Both the position numbers and the translations under genes were made by a program. Under the pieces are notes generated by a model that did no database searches, was not told where the DNA came from, and was given only the letters and a program-made list of their open reading frames with translations. A stretch of DNA of 64,000 nucleotides from the human T2T-CHM13v2.0 reference genome, Homo sapiens, in NCBI RefSeq assembly GCF_009914755.1, contig NC_060931.1, one strand, 5' to 3'. Below are positions 12,401 to 27,520 of this stretch, one piece after another. How positions within the stretch are numbered: position 1 is the stretch's first letter; each line of letters starts with the position of its first letter.

Positions 12401-13995
12401 TGTCTGAGTGGTTGAGTTCTCTGCAATCCTCGCCGCTTCTGCCCCAAACGGTAACAGGATTCTTCCTGGAGATAGCCACGAGGAAAAGACCTGCAGGAGG
12501 AATTCCGATTGCCTGGTTGTGATGGAGTGTGCTGCTGGAGACCATTTTCTGTGTCTCAAGGAGCTGCATGTGAAAGCAGTCAGCCTGGTCCATCTCAGGG
12601 AACGAGCTTAAAACACAGGTCCTGATGAGCAAGACCAAGGCGGGAGAACAGCGTGCTCAGCATCCCACCTCCCCTGCCTCCTGATCCTGCCTCTTCCTGT
12701 GCAGTGCTTCCAGGTTCAGTGGGTGTTTACGGTGAATGAGACGGAGGGGAAGGAAGAGAGAAATGGAAACGTAGCCGCCATTCAATGGCAGGCATGAGCC
12801 CAGCTCCACTAGCCCCTCTCTTCCAGCCCAGACAGAGATGCATGATCAGGTCCAAGTTCTTTCATTATAGAAAGTGACTTTTTCTCTTACCTTAAGAGAA
12901 ACCAGAAAAACTGCACTTCTTGTACCGTGGTGATTCTTTGTATAAAATCTGCTGTGACCAGAACAACGTGGCTCCCACGGTCACTTGGCGCGGGTGCACA
13001 GAGCTGCTCCTGGATGCTGTCACCAGCATGGGCTCTGCTGTTCCGAGTGCACAGAACCGAGGCCTGGGTGTGCGGCACAGCGCTTTGTGCACTCCTACAG
13101 ACCACACCTCCATACAGACCACACCTTCAGAGGAAAATTCGCTATAATTTCCTTCAGAGGAAACTGCTATAAACACCCACACCCCAGGGGTTCTGGTTTA
13201 ATTTGCCTGGAGGATGTTTTTATTGTTTCAGGATTCTTCGTGGTTCCAAGTGTACCCAGGGCTGAGGCCCAGCCTTGGAATGCAGAGGCTGGAATGGGGT
13301 CACCATGTAGGGTGGTCCCTAGCCATCCATTTAAACAGGCCCTGGCGATTCTGACAATGGGCCGCAGCTCCCCGGGTGGACACAGGAGATAGGAAGGATG
13401 GGGCCCAGGCATGCAGGGGTCCCGCCCCACAGCTCCTGGCTGCCCCTGAGCATGTTGCTAACCCTAGGCCTCAGTTTGCTCCTCTGCAGAACAGAGATGA
13501 CACCAGGTAGGAAGTGATCACAAGCACTGCAAGGTAGAGCTGGGTGCACGGGGCCTCGACTGCAGGGTGGCGGCACTCAGAGCTCCTGCAGGACAACACG
13601 TGGCCTGCGTCTCCAGACTCGGACTCATGCTTGCTGTTCCCCCTGCACCTGTAGGAGCCCAGACGCAGATGCCCAGACCAGCCTGCTGCACGGGGGAGTG
13701 GAGGCAGCGGTGCGAGGCAGAGGCCGAGGCAAACCCCTCCTAGGGCACAACCCCAACGCTCTGACATGGGAGCTCATTCATCACCAGAAGCCCAAGGGCA
13801 GGCACCACCAGTCCCATCTCCCATGTGTGTAGTGCCCGAGGTGAAGCAGCCAGTGGGTGCCCAGCCATGCCCTAACCTCTGCTCCCCAGCCTCCACACAG
13901 CATCCTCCAGGGTGGGGTCAGGTGGGCTGAAGGCCAAGAGGGCCCAGCCTGGGAAGTGCAGCCTTGCAAGGCCTTCCTACCCAGAGCTGTCCAGG

Positions 13996-14237
13996 GATGC
14001 ACAAAGCCTGGTAGGTGGGGTCGGAAGAAACACCTGTCCCCCTTGATGCACGAAGCCTGGTAGGTGGGGTCGGAAGAAACGCCTGTCCCCTTGATGCACA
14101 AAGCCTGGTAGGTGGGGTCGGAAGAAACGCCTGTCCCCTTGATGCACAAAGCCTGGTAGGTGGGGTCGGAAGAAATGCTTGTCCCCTTGATGCACAAAGC
14201 CTGGTAGGTGGGGTCGGAAGAAATGCTTGTCCCCCTT
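13996..14237. repeat. 48-bp VNTR x 5
   Basis: gatgcacaaagcctggtaggtggggtcggaagaaacgcctgtcccctt repeated five times. Confidence 0.95.
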
Positions 14238-15119
14238 GGGGAGGGGACAGTGTGCTGGGGCCACCCTCAGCTCTGAGCTTGTCCCTGGTGGCATCTCCCA
14301 ACGTGGGCCCCTCACCTCTGCAGGGGCACCTCCTGAGCTTTCTGCACCTGCTGAGGGTCCTCGCGGCCCACACAGCCGTGCCTGTGTTCTGTATTTTGGT
14401 TCAGTTCAGACTCATACTAAACATCTCTGAATGAGAAAAAAATTTCGTGTTTTTCTCACTGTATTTGTCATTCTCCTCACCTGTCTCTTAAATAAGGAGC
14501 AGCCTTCTACCAGGGAGAAGAGCAGGCAAGGATGCCTGGTGCAGAGGGTCGTCCAGGAGGCAGCAAAGCAGGGCCGGATGGTCCCCCTTGGAGTGCTCAC
14601 CAAGGAGGGGCTGCCCACCACACCTGGACCCCTCCCAGGTCATGAAGGCAGGGACAGAGGGGGCCACCACCAAGTCTCATCACACCAGGCTGCCCTGGGC
14701 CACCAGGATTCTTTTATGGGAAACAGCCTAGAACTTTTCATATCTAAGGTGACAATACACATGCCTCACTTCAGTATGTCTTCAAGATTCCAAGCATTTT
14801 TCCAGGTGTAAATTTTCAAATTAGGAAAGTAATCTCTGCCCGCTGGGAACATGTTCCGACACAACACAGCACAGGCAGAAGAGTGAAGGCCTCACGTTGG
14901 CACCACTGCATAGTAACAGGCTAGTGTGCAGCCTGGGTGGCAGGTGCAGCTGTGCGGGCTCCATCTCTGTGTCCCACCGCACCCTATTTATGACGGGTAA
15001 GAGGCTGGGCCTTGTCGCTTCTCACCTCTGTGAGCAGGTGCCTCTGTCCCTAGTATTTCTGTCCACTCTTTGAAAATGCATTTTCTAACCATCCTAGTCT
15101 AAGGTATGATTTGGTTTCC

Positions 15120-15287
15120 TTATTTAATATGTTTGGCTCCAAACTTTAACATTTAAGCTTGGACTTAAACAGGGGCCGTCCAGCCCTACTTTGCCGCCTC
15201 CTGGCTGACCCTCTGCAAAAAGCACCCTTGCCTGCTTTTTAAGCTTGGACTTAAACATTAAAGTTTGGAGCTAAACATATTAAATAA
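15120..15287. repeat. AT-rich inverted repeat (~50-bp arms, ~65-bp GC-rich loop)
   Basis: Left arm ttatttaatatgtttggctccaaactttaacatttaag vs reverse complement of the right arm ttatttaatatgtttagctccaaactttaatgtttaag. Confidence 0.9.
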
Positions 15288-17064
15288 CCTTTGGGGCAGA
15301 AACCTGCATGGGAAGAGGGGAGGCGTCTCCCTCCCATGCCCAGGGCGTGAGGAGCTGGAGGGGAGGGTGGGAGACTGCTCCTGACCTGCTCAGGAGACCT
15401 GGGTGGTCACCTCCCTCCCTCCCTCCCTCCCTCCATGCTGCTGTTCTGATTCCTCCTTCCTCGTCGTGCGGGGCAGACTCTAACACAGCCCCAGGCCAGC
15501 TCCCTCTGCACGAGTCGGCTCCCAGGGCTCCATTTACTAGGCGAGGTTTTCCTTCCAGTCCTCTCCCTTCACAGGGGATGGGGGAGAGACATGACATTCC
15601 AAGGGCAGAGGTAACTATCAGGACACCACTTCTGAGTCCAGCAACGTCAGGGACTTGCTTGGGAAGAGGACCTCCCTGCTTAGGGCCATAATGAATCTGA
15701 GACCCCAGGAGTTCATTTTGACACACTGTTACACATGCTTAGGTACCCGTGCATGGGATACACAGAAGTTACGTATGATTTCTTTTTACAAAAATATGAT
15801 ATTATACATATGGAAATCTTCCTTGCTTTCCCACTTAATATATCATGCATATTTTTCATGTTATTCATGTAGAACACCATCATTTTTAATGGCTGTATAA
15901 TATTCCACAGTACAATCATAACACAGTTAAATGCCCCATTTGTAATCTTCAATATCCACAGTATTTATGATATAAACAAATGGCAATGAAATAATTGTCT
16001 GATAGGAAATCTGGTTATTCAGTATTTAATAGAGGCCGAAAATGCTTGGACTTTTATCCTGTCCTTTTAAAAGGAATTGTGGTTCTTTCCCAGTCAATGA
16101 AGAAAAGCCCTTCTTTACTGCAAATGCTCATTAATAATGTGTGGAGAATGATTAGAATTGGAGAAGTCAACATGGTTTAACCTTCAAAGACAACTGATTG
16201 GTACGAATCATTGACAGATACAAAAGCCAAGACGTGAAAAGTTGTTGAACCAGAGCTTACACCACTGTGCTAGCAACCGCACAGGTGATTCTCCAGCCCC
16301 GCTTTAACTCCCTGGGAAGGGAAAGAGACGCTTTTATGTGTGGAGTTCTAGAGGTCACTTCCTAACCAGGTGACAAAAAGCATAATAGGAGGTCAAGGGA
16401 CATGACGGGTGGCAGGATCATGCACTGGGAGATGCACCAGCAGGCTCACAGTGTCCCCAGACGTCTTCCTCCCAAAAGCCTTGGACCCGAATCTAATCAA
16501 GCCTTTAGCATCAAATTCTAGTTCAAAGGAACCCCGAGGTCATGCACCAAAGGCTACACAAACAGAACTGAGGTGGTGCCTGGCTGGTGGCAGAGACGAG
16601 GCTCCAGGGGCAAGTGTGCTCCCATTGGAATCTCTCTTTGGGGTCTGGACGTCATCTCCTGAGCCACTGCTCTCTTGCTTCTGCGGAGCTCACCTGGTCT
16701 CCCAGGAAGAGACTGAACTGGATAAAAACAGGCCTGGCAACAAAGGAGAGTGAATGCTCTCACCTCACTTTCTGCCACTGGGTGGGTCCGGAGGGTGCTG
16801 GCTGACTGTGTTTCTGAGTCCCTGCCTCTAATGTGAAAGCACAGGTCACGTACAGGTGCAGGGCACACCTGTGAGTCTTTGTGTCTTCTCTGGAAAGACA
16901 GCTGCTGAGCAAGGAGGTTTCCATCTGAGCTCTAAAATGCAGAGTTTGTAGAAAAACTAATTATCTTCATTTTGGCCATCAAAGCCATTGATCCTCTATG
17001 CCTATTATCAATTTAAAGGACTAACAGCTTGATGGAATGATTCACCAGTTGAGGTGGGAAAATC

Positions 17065-19419
<2,355 letters not shown>

Positions 19420-22400
19420 TAAAATCATTTTTTAAAACTGCTTTGTTCTCAGTGAACCACGGACATTTTCTCTGACCTGAATCATCCCAGACCAGACAAA
19501 GTGACCCCTACTTGCTGACCTTGCAAAGCCAGTTGGCGTCCATGCCTATAGGGAAGACACAGTCTTTCCTGCAGTGTAAGATGTTCTTGGCCAGTCCACA
19601 GGGTCCCTGGGTGAGGAGGACACAAGGAACTGTGGTTCCTTCCTCACTTTAGACTGGACCAGTGGGTGCCCAGGACTGGAAAGGCCACAGAGCTGGTCCA
19701 GGGCAGCCCAACCCTCTGGTTACTCTCAGAGTCTGGGAAGTCAGCACCTCCTGCAGCAGCTGTCCACCTTAGTTCACCAGAAAATTCTCCGGTATGTCCT
19801 AGGGCCAGAATCTGGCTACTTGTGATTTCTACCCCCAGCCCTAGTTCTGCTTTCTGGAGCCTTCAAGGGGCTGCTGCAGTTATGATTGGCAGCAGTTTAG
19901 CATGATTTCCATCCCTGCCTTACTTTGACTTTCTGCTCAGAGACCCTTCAAAATAACACCATTCCTGGACACCTGGTGTCAGCCTGGACACTCAGGGCCA
20001 TCATTTCCCAGCCACCCAGCTGACCATGCAGAGCAAGGGCCCCACGGTGTCCATCTCCAGAGCTCAGGGGCTCATAGTTGAGAGGTGGGTGGACATTTCC
20101 TCGAAGCCACTGCCAGCGTCCCTGCCTACCCCTTCAGGGAGCAGTCGTACAGAGACCCTCGGTGTTCTAGTAGCTGCATTCCAGGACCTTCTTGTCTTAG
20201 TGTTTATGGTTAAACAAAGCTCCAGAATGAAGCTGATGAAACAATGCAGGAAGCTGGATGCGACACCATCCAGGTCCAGATTTCACAACCCTGTGGAACG
20301 TGAACTTGGGGGCTCTCGTAAACAAACCTTCCCTGCATCTGGAGATGCTGAAACGGTGGCCCACACTGCCAGACTCCTGAAATCTCCCTGTCAGTGACAT
20401 TTTTGAATGCTGCCTTTTCAGGTGGCCAATTACAAAATATCTTGTTACTCTCACTCCTACAGAATCTCAGTAATTCTAACACAAACAGTGATTATACAAA
20501 TCTACCAAATGAAGGCTTCTGTCTTCTTTTTGTTCTGAGGATGCATGTTTACATCATTTGTTCTTAAAATATTTGCAAGTGATATGAGGAGAGCTACATC
20601 TATGCATTCGCCAAGCTGGGTATGATATGCCAAATGCCATTTTAGAAATGCTGCAATTAAGAACGATGACAATAATTGCTTTTGGCAGAAACAGAGAGGA
20701 AAGAGCCTTCGGAGGGAAATACACAAAGCAATTACCTGTCAAAACTAATAGAAGGAGCATGCCCTGGAATGCACGGAGTACAGAAATGAGAATGTGCTCT
20801 TCTCAGGAGACAACAGGCGGAGGTGTGAGACGGCCACATGCTGGGAAGGGCCTTAGCTGCAGCCGAGAGCTGAGGGACTAACTGCAGAGATAATCAGAGA
20901 AGGGGCTCTGGGCGCCACAGTGACCCTACTGTCCACAGAGGCAGAAACCAGGCAAGACACCGTCCAACCACCAGGCTGCTCTTGATGATTCAGCATGGTT
21001 TTCAGACAAGTTTCTTCTACTTGGCAGTAATGAGCATTCGTTTCTCCAGCAAACGTTTACTGAGCATCTCCTGCACTGCCACGCACTGTACTATGGGCAG
21101 GATCACCTGCCACTGTCCAGGGCTACCTGACCAGGGCTTTTCTTGCCAGAAAGGACAGCAAAGCTTAACCCTGCAAACACAGCCTTGAGGTGGAGATTGG
21201 CTCCTAACATCCCCCTGGCTGGCAAGAGTCCCCTCCTGGTCCCTAAGAGAAACAGCTAAGACAGGAGGAGACAATGCCCCACAGCAGAGCGCGGTCTCCA
21301 AACGTGTTTAGAATGCTGCAGAGGATACTTTACAGCAAGCCGGATTTTCTTCAGATGACTCAGATACGCTGACATTCTGTCTAATTAGTGCGCTGCATGC
21401 ATCCCACCCTCAACAGCCTGATGGTGAACTACGGACTGTTGGGAAACGCCATCTCCTGGGACACCGCCCTTAGGAGGCACCTGGAAACTGGATCACAGCA
21501 GAATTCTGAATTTCAGAAACAGCGGTTTGATTCTGGGTTGGGGTTCAGGTGGATTCCACAGGCGGGGGCCACATTCTGGTACCTGAACAAACATTAAACC
21601 CACAACTCCAAATCCAGAAATAACCAAAACTATTAAATGAACAAGAGGATTTTTCAAAGTAACGTTTATAGGTCCAGATAGAACCTATGAATTTTTAAGA
21701 ATGTGCTGAATCCAAAACAACCCAAACATCCAAGTATGCTCCAAATTGAGCCTGAGTCAGTCCAATACATGTGGTTGGGATCCCTGACCAGCCATCTCTG
21801 CCTAAAGAGAAGGCATCATTGCAAATGCCTCAGAGGTGGGAGTCTCTTCCACACCTGCAGGGTCCTCGGGGCCCTCAGCTTTGGCATGTAAACGCATGTG
21901 GGCATCAGGAAAATGGATGTGTGCTAATTCATCTGCAAAATACCTGACTCTTCCTCTTCCAGATGTTTGCTGTTATTACCTTCATGGACAGCCAGTGCTT
22001 CCTTCCACGTCAAATATTCTCAAACCCTTTTCCCAAACTCCTGCCACGGCTCGGATGCTGCTGGGGCCGCAGGGGCTTAGGGCTGGGGCCACGCGAGGCC
22101 TTGGAGAGGGTGAACATTCAAGGCCTCAAGGCACAGGGAGTCCTGCCGTGCTATTCCAAGGACAATCTTCCATAGATTTATGATTGGGACTTGTGTCTCT
22201 TCCTGGTTCATCCCAGAACATACATCCACAGCGCCAGGACAAACCACCGCTCCCCCCACCTTGCAGCAGGGCCTGACCGTGGGTCTCGGCAGGAATGGAG
22301 CCAGGTGAGGACACCTGGTAGTGGTCTCTCCTTCAGGCTCCTGCTGCCTCTGCCCCTGAGGGATGTGACGGGGGTGGGGGGACACCACCCCAGCTTAGTC

Positions 22401-23304
22401 AGGGCCAGCAGCTGTGCCCAGGGTCCACAGAACGGCCGGCCATGGTGTGGAACAGCTGCTGGGCCCTGGGATGTCTGCCCCATCCATACCTTGGGACCCA
22501 GCTCTCATGATCTCACAGCCCCATCCTCCTCCAACCCCTGACCACCCTGGAGCAGTTCTGAGCCTGCAGTGGTCTCCTTGTGCCCCCAGGTGCCTGCTGG
22601 CACCAGGACACACCTTATGCCCCTCAGATGACTGAGGTCCTAACAACTGTGTGTAAAAACCTCTGGGCCCCCCTGGCCACTCCCCTCCTGCCTTGGGCCT
22701 CCCACCTGTGTGCTGGGACCCCTTCACCCTCCCTCCAGCAGCTTTGGCAGTCCCTACCAGAGGCACTTTCCTCGCCTCTGACCCTGCCTTCTTTGCTCTC
22801 CATGAAATTTCAGGAGGAGCATCCACTGCCATCCTGAAGCCTGGGTCCTGCCCTTCCCACACTTACCACGAGGGCATCTCCATCTCCCACCTGGAGGAAC
22901 TCGATCAATGAGTTTCCTCATTTCCAGGAATGCCCTAATTCCTTCCAGAAATGACGGCTCCATGGACCTTCCTGAAACACAGCTCACATGCGAACCCCAC
23001 TTCTCAGGAGCCTTCAGTGGTCTCAGCTCTGCAGGTTGGGCACGCTAACTGCTCTTCTCCCTCAACTGCTCCCTCCTTCCCTCCCTGCGGCTGAGCTCAG
23101 TCCTGACACAGGCTTCTTCCATCTGCTGCACACCAAAGCCCGCCACCCTTCAAGCTCCAGGGCAAAGCCAGCCCGAGCGCCAGTGTAAATGCACCCCCTC
23201 CCTCCTGTGAGCTCCCACAGCACATTTTGGTGCCAGGAGACGTGGTCTTGGGGGCAATGGCACGCACGTCTGCAGCTGTAAGAAGAACCCGTCACCACCC
23301 GCCT

Positions 23305-24690
23305 GGGGGGTCAGGGCCAGGTGACCAGCTTCACACTCTGTTCCCTCAAACTGGACTCCGGTGGGGACAGGGCCAGGTGACCAGCTTCACACTCTGTTCC
23401 CTCAAACTGGCCTCTGGGGGGGACAGGGCTGGGGGGACAGGGCCAGGTGACCAGCTTCACACTCTGTTCCCTCAAACTGGACTCTGGTGGGGACAGGGCC
23501 AGGTGACCAGCTTCACACTCTGTTCCCTCAAACTGGACTCTGGTGGGGACAGGGCCAGGTGACCAGCTTCACACTCTGTTCCCTCAAACTGGCCTCTGCG
23601 GGGGACAGGGCTGGGGGGACAGGGCCAGGTGACCAGCTTCACACTCTGTTCCCTCAAACTGGACTCTGGTGGGGACAGGGCCAGGTGACCAGCTTCACAC
23701 TCTGTTCCCTCAAACTGGACTCTGGTGGGGACAGGGCCAGGTGACCAGCTTCACACTCTGTTCCCTCAAACTGGACTCTGGTGGGGACAGGGCCAGGTGA
23801 CCAGCTTCACACTCTGTTCCCTCAAACTGGACTCTGGTGGGGACAGGGCCAGGTGACCAGCTTCACACTCTGTTCCCTCAAACTGGACTCTGGTGGGGAC
23901 AGGGCCAGGTGACCAGCTTCACACTCTGTTCCCTCAAACTGGCCTCTGGGGGGGACAGGGCTGGGGGGACAGGGCCAGGTGACCAGCTTCACACTCTGTT
24001 CCCTCAAACTGGACTCTGGTGGGGACAGGGCCAGGTGACCAGCTTCACACTCTGCTCCCTCAAACTGGCCTCTGGCGGGGACAGGGCCAGGTGACCAGCT
24101 TCACACTCTGTTCCCTCAAACTGGCCTCTGGCGGGGACAGGGCCAGGTGACCAGCTTCACACTCTGTTCCCTCAAACTGGCCTCTGGGGGGGACAGGGTC
24201 AGGTGACCAGCTTCACACTCTGTTCCCTCAAACTGGCCTCTGGGGGGGACAGGGCCAGGTGACCAGCTTCACACTCTGTTCCCTCAAACTGGCCTCTGGC
24301 GGGGACAGGGCCAGGTGACCAGCTTCACACTCTGTTCCCTCAAACTGGCCTCTGGGGGGGACAGGGTCAGGTGACCAGCTTCACACTCTGTTCCCTCAAA
24401 CTGGCCTCTGGGGGGGACAGGGCCAGGTGACCAGCTTCACACTCTGTTCCCTCAAACTGGCCTCTGGGGGGGGACAGGGTCAGGTGACCAGCTTCACACT
24501 CTGTTCCCTCAAACTGGCCTCTGGCGGGGACAGGGCCAGGTGACCAGCTTCACACTCTGTTCCCTCAAACTGGCCTCTGGGGGGGACAGGGCCAGGTGAC
24601 CAGCTTCACACTCTGTTCCCTCAAACTGGCCTCTGGGGGGGACAGGGCCAGGTGACCAGCTTCACACTCTGTCCCCTCAAATTGGCCTCT
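23305..24690. repeat. 56-bp VNTR, ~24 copies
   Basis: Unit gggacagggccaggtgaccagcttcacactctgttccctcaaactggactctggtg; three units carry a 14-nt insert. Confidence 0.97.
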
Positions 24691-24702
24691 GTCCTCCCCT
24701 CT

Positions 24703-25412
24703 TGAAACTACCTTCACAAAAATTATAACAGTGAGAAAATGATGGCTGTGAAAGAGACCTGATTTAACCATACCCCATCTTGACTTTAGATGCCCTCAAT
24801 TATTCCTGGGCTTAGGTCAAGCTAACTTCGAGAGACTTTTAGGTTATGGTTTAAGTGATAAGAGCCCTTCCCCCAAACTCAGCCATCTTTGTAAAGCTAA
24901 TGAGAGACCACCGGGCTAGGGAGAGGAGAGGAGGCTGAATTCTGCTAAGGCACAGATATAAATGATTGGCAGCCATTATTCTGGAAGTCACAAGATATGC
25001 AACTTCCCCAGTTACCCCTGCAGATGACATCACTATTATGGAACCTAAGATTGGCCTTTTGAGATATCTTTTCAGGGTTTCTGCATGTCTGACACCATGG
25101 CTCCACCTGGACCGGCCAACCACTCCTGTAGCCCCACCCAGAAGTGATTCAGCCCACTGAGGACCATTTCCCACACCCCTGTGACGGCACCCCAGCCAAT
25201 CAGCAGCAAGCACTACTGCCTAGCACCCCCCAATCCCCAAACTACCTTTGAAAAACCCTGGCCTCTGAGCCTTTGATGAGGTGATTTGAGTAACAACTCG
25301 GTCTCCCACATGGCGTGGCCGGCATCACGTCAATTAAATTCTTTCTTTACTGAAATGCTGTGTATTGATTTCGTTTGTGCCATGGGCAGGAAGAACCCAT
25401 CAGGTGGTTACA
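24703..25412 (+). mobile_element. Solo ERV1 LTR, LTR8 family
   Basis: Starts tgaaactaccttcacaaaaattataacagtgagaaaat, ends cccatcaggtggttaca; near-TSD ctct/ttct. Confidence 0.85.
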
Positions 25413-25865
25413 TTCTTCACTGGCAAGGAAAGAGTTACAGGTAAGTTACAGATCCTTTGAAAAGCTCTGTTAATAATCTCCTGGGATGGGAGGAAGGTTG
25501 CCTTGAAATTAACTGTTAATTCTGAGCCACAGAAGCACTACAAACGGCAGGATACTCAAGCAGCTGCAGACATCTGAGCGTGCTCTGGACATGGCATCCA
25601 AGGCCCAGCATGGCAGTCTCCTCTTCCAGACAGAATGCGCTGCCTCCGCCCAGTTCATCTACATGCAGAAACGTAGATAATGGGGTGGTCTGTGCCAGGG
25701 GTGTGGTAGGGGAGACTCTAGCCAGTGGAACGAGGAGGGGTCATCAAATCTTAGAAAGAAGAACACGGGGCCCTGCTGTCAAACTTCAAAGAATCGACAG
25801 ACCAGAGAAGAGAAAATGCTGATTTCACAAAGTGGATGGTGAACAAATGGAAAACCTTATCTCCT

Positions 25866-26360
25866 GTGTAAAGGCAAACAGAAAACTCTCAGGACCCCCA
25901 AACTCTTTATGCCAAAGGAAAAGTTAAGGATGGAGGCCCAGTTCATTTCACACTGATCATGTCAATTACAAGCTTGTCTTCCCAGGTGCAGAATGACAAG
26001 ATGAGATCAGCCATTTCCTCTACCTACCCAGAAATACCTGCAAAACTGATGCTTCCTTTATCCCCTTTCTTTCTTCAAAAGTTCATCTGGTCTGATGTAA
26101 AACGCAGATTTACTGGGTACCAACTAAAGTCTCAGCATGTGGCCATTTGCCTTACTACCTCCTCGCCCCTCTCCCCACAGGACTTTGCTGCTTTAAGGGC
26201 AAGTATAAACACTAACCCTCCTGAAGACCTCTTCAGAAAAGATAGTCACAGGTGTGTCTGTGACTCACATTTTTTCTGAATCTGCTGTAAGACTGGCTTA
26301 ATAAACCTCTTGAAACCTTCATTGAAATCCATGCCTAAGTCACTGATTTTGGTTATCACC
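25866..26360 (+). mobile_element. MER4-group ERV1 LTR (MER4A/C-like)
   Basis: tgtaaaggcaaacagaaaactctcaggacccccaaactc..atgccaaaggaaaagttaag...aataaacctc...ttttggttatca. Confidence 0.65.
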
Positions 26361-27361
26361 AGAGGTGGCTTAAGCTTCTCAAAGTTAAAATGGAGACAAC
26401 ACCTGAAAAATTCCTGAGCAGACACAACCAGTCAGGTCTCAAATTACCTCAACCTTGACTGATTTGCAGACATAAGCGACACTTAACCTGAGCCATTTCT
26501 TGTAAATTCCCATTTTAAAGAAGAGTAGGATTTAAGCTCAACAACCAGATGTAGCCAACAAACTTTTAATAATCGTATCAACGAGGGACTTTCCAATGGG
26601 ACAGAACAAATAAGGCAGCTGTGCAAGTGTAACCAAGCCAACATTCTTTGCTTTACTTCTGTGTCGTCTATAAAAGCCTCCCCCTCACATTCCTTCAGGG
26701 GAGTTCCTGAACCACCTCTGGTTTGGAGCTGCCTGGTTCATGAATTGTTGCTTGCTCAAATGAACTCTTTAAACACAGCACTGTGCCTCAGTTTACCTTT
26801 TTGACAGTCTCGTCAGAAGTGAGATCCCCAGAAGCAGCGAGTAACCAGGCGTGGGCAGCCCCCGGGCCACTGCACCCACTGCTGTCTTGCTGCATTTGGT
26901 GGCCACTGGGGAAGCCCCTCTAGGAGGTCGAGCTCCACAACTTGCACCCTGAGCTCTCCGACTCCATGGGAGCAGTTTTTATTCCAGAGCTCAGCCTGGG
27001 TCTGACAGGGACTGCACTGGAACCTGGACTGGGATCCAGAGTGAAACTGGGTGTTCTACAGGAACTGGCCTGGATCCAGTCGGAGGCCTCAGGTAAGAAA
27101 AATGTGAGAAAAACAGGGAATTATGGGTTCATCAGAATCCATGGAGTCTGGGACACCCCATCTGGAACTCCAGCTAATTACATGTTCAGAAACTACAGAC
27201 CCAGAGCCCGTGCCTTTCTGGAGAAATGGGTGCAGCTCAGGGGGATGACTCCGAGTCACAGTGACCACAGTGGGAAGTTTATTCCACATGAAATCATTCA
27301 CGGACGGGCACATTCAAGAACAAGGAATCGTGAGTATCTGCAAACCACGCAATATATTTTT

Positions 27362-27520
27362 TGATTGGCATACAGACTGATTTCAGACAGAATGATTGGC
27401 ATACAGATTGATTTGAGACAGAATGATTGGCATACAGATTGATTTCAGACAGAATGATTGGCATACCGATTGATTTTAGACAGAATGATTGGCATACAGA
27501 TTGATTTCAGACAGAATGAT
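27362..27520. repeat. 31-bp VNTR, 5 copies (in ERV copy A)
   Basis: gattggcatac recurs at 27363, 27394, 27425, 27456 and 27487. Confidence 0.95.

Noticed and set aside
23310-24660. Estrogen response elements in the 56-bp VNTR
   Set aside because: Half-sites are separated by 2 nt, not the 3 nt of a canonical ERE, and most units read GGCCA instead of GGTCA
23305-24690. CRISPR-like look of this array and of 46660-47778 and 58826-59415
   Set aside because: Units are head-to-tail without unique spacers, there are no cas genes, and the context is primate DNA
26942-27364. 140-aa ORF present twice as an identical peptide (also 59413-59835)
   Set aside because: Identity comes from DNA-level homogenisation; the track start is non-ATG, the gag-like part is frameshifted and there is no intact viral gene. 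Only the spliced 42-codon portion is kept as a hypothesis
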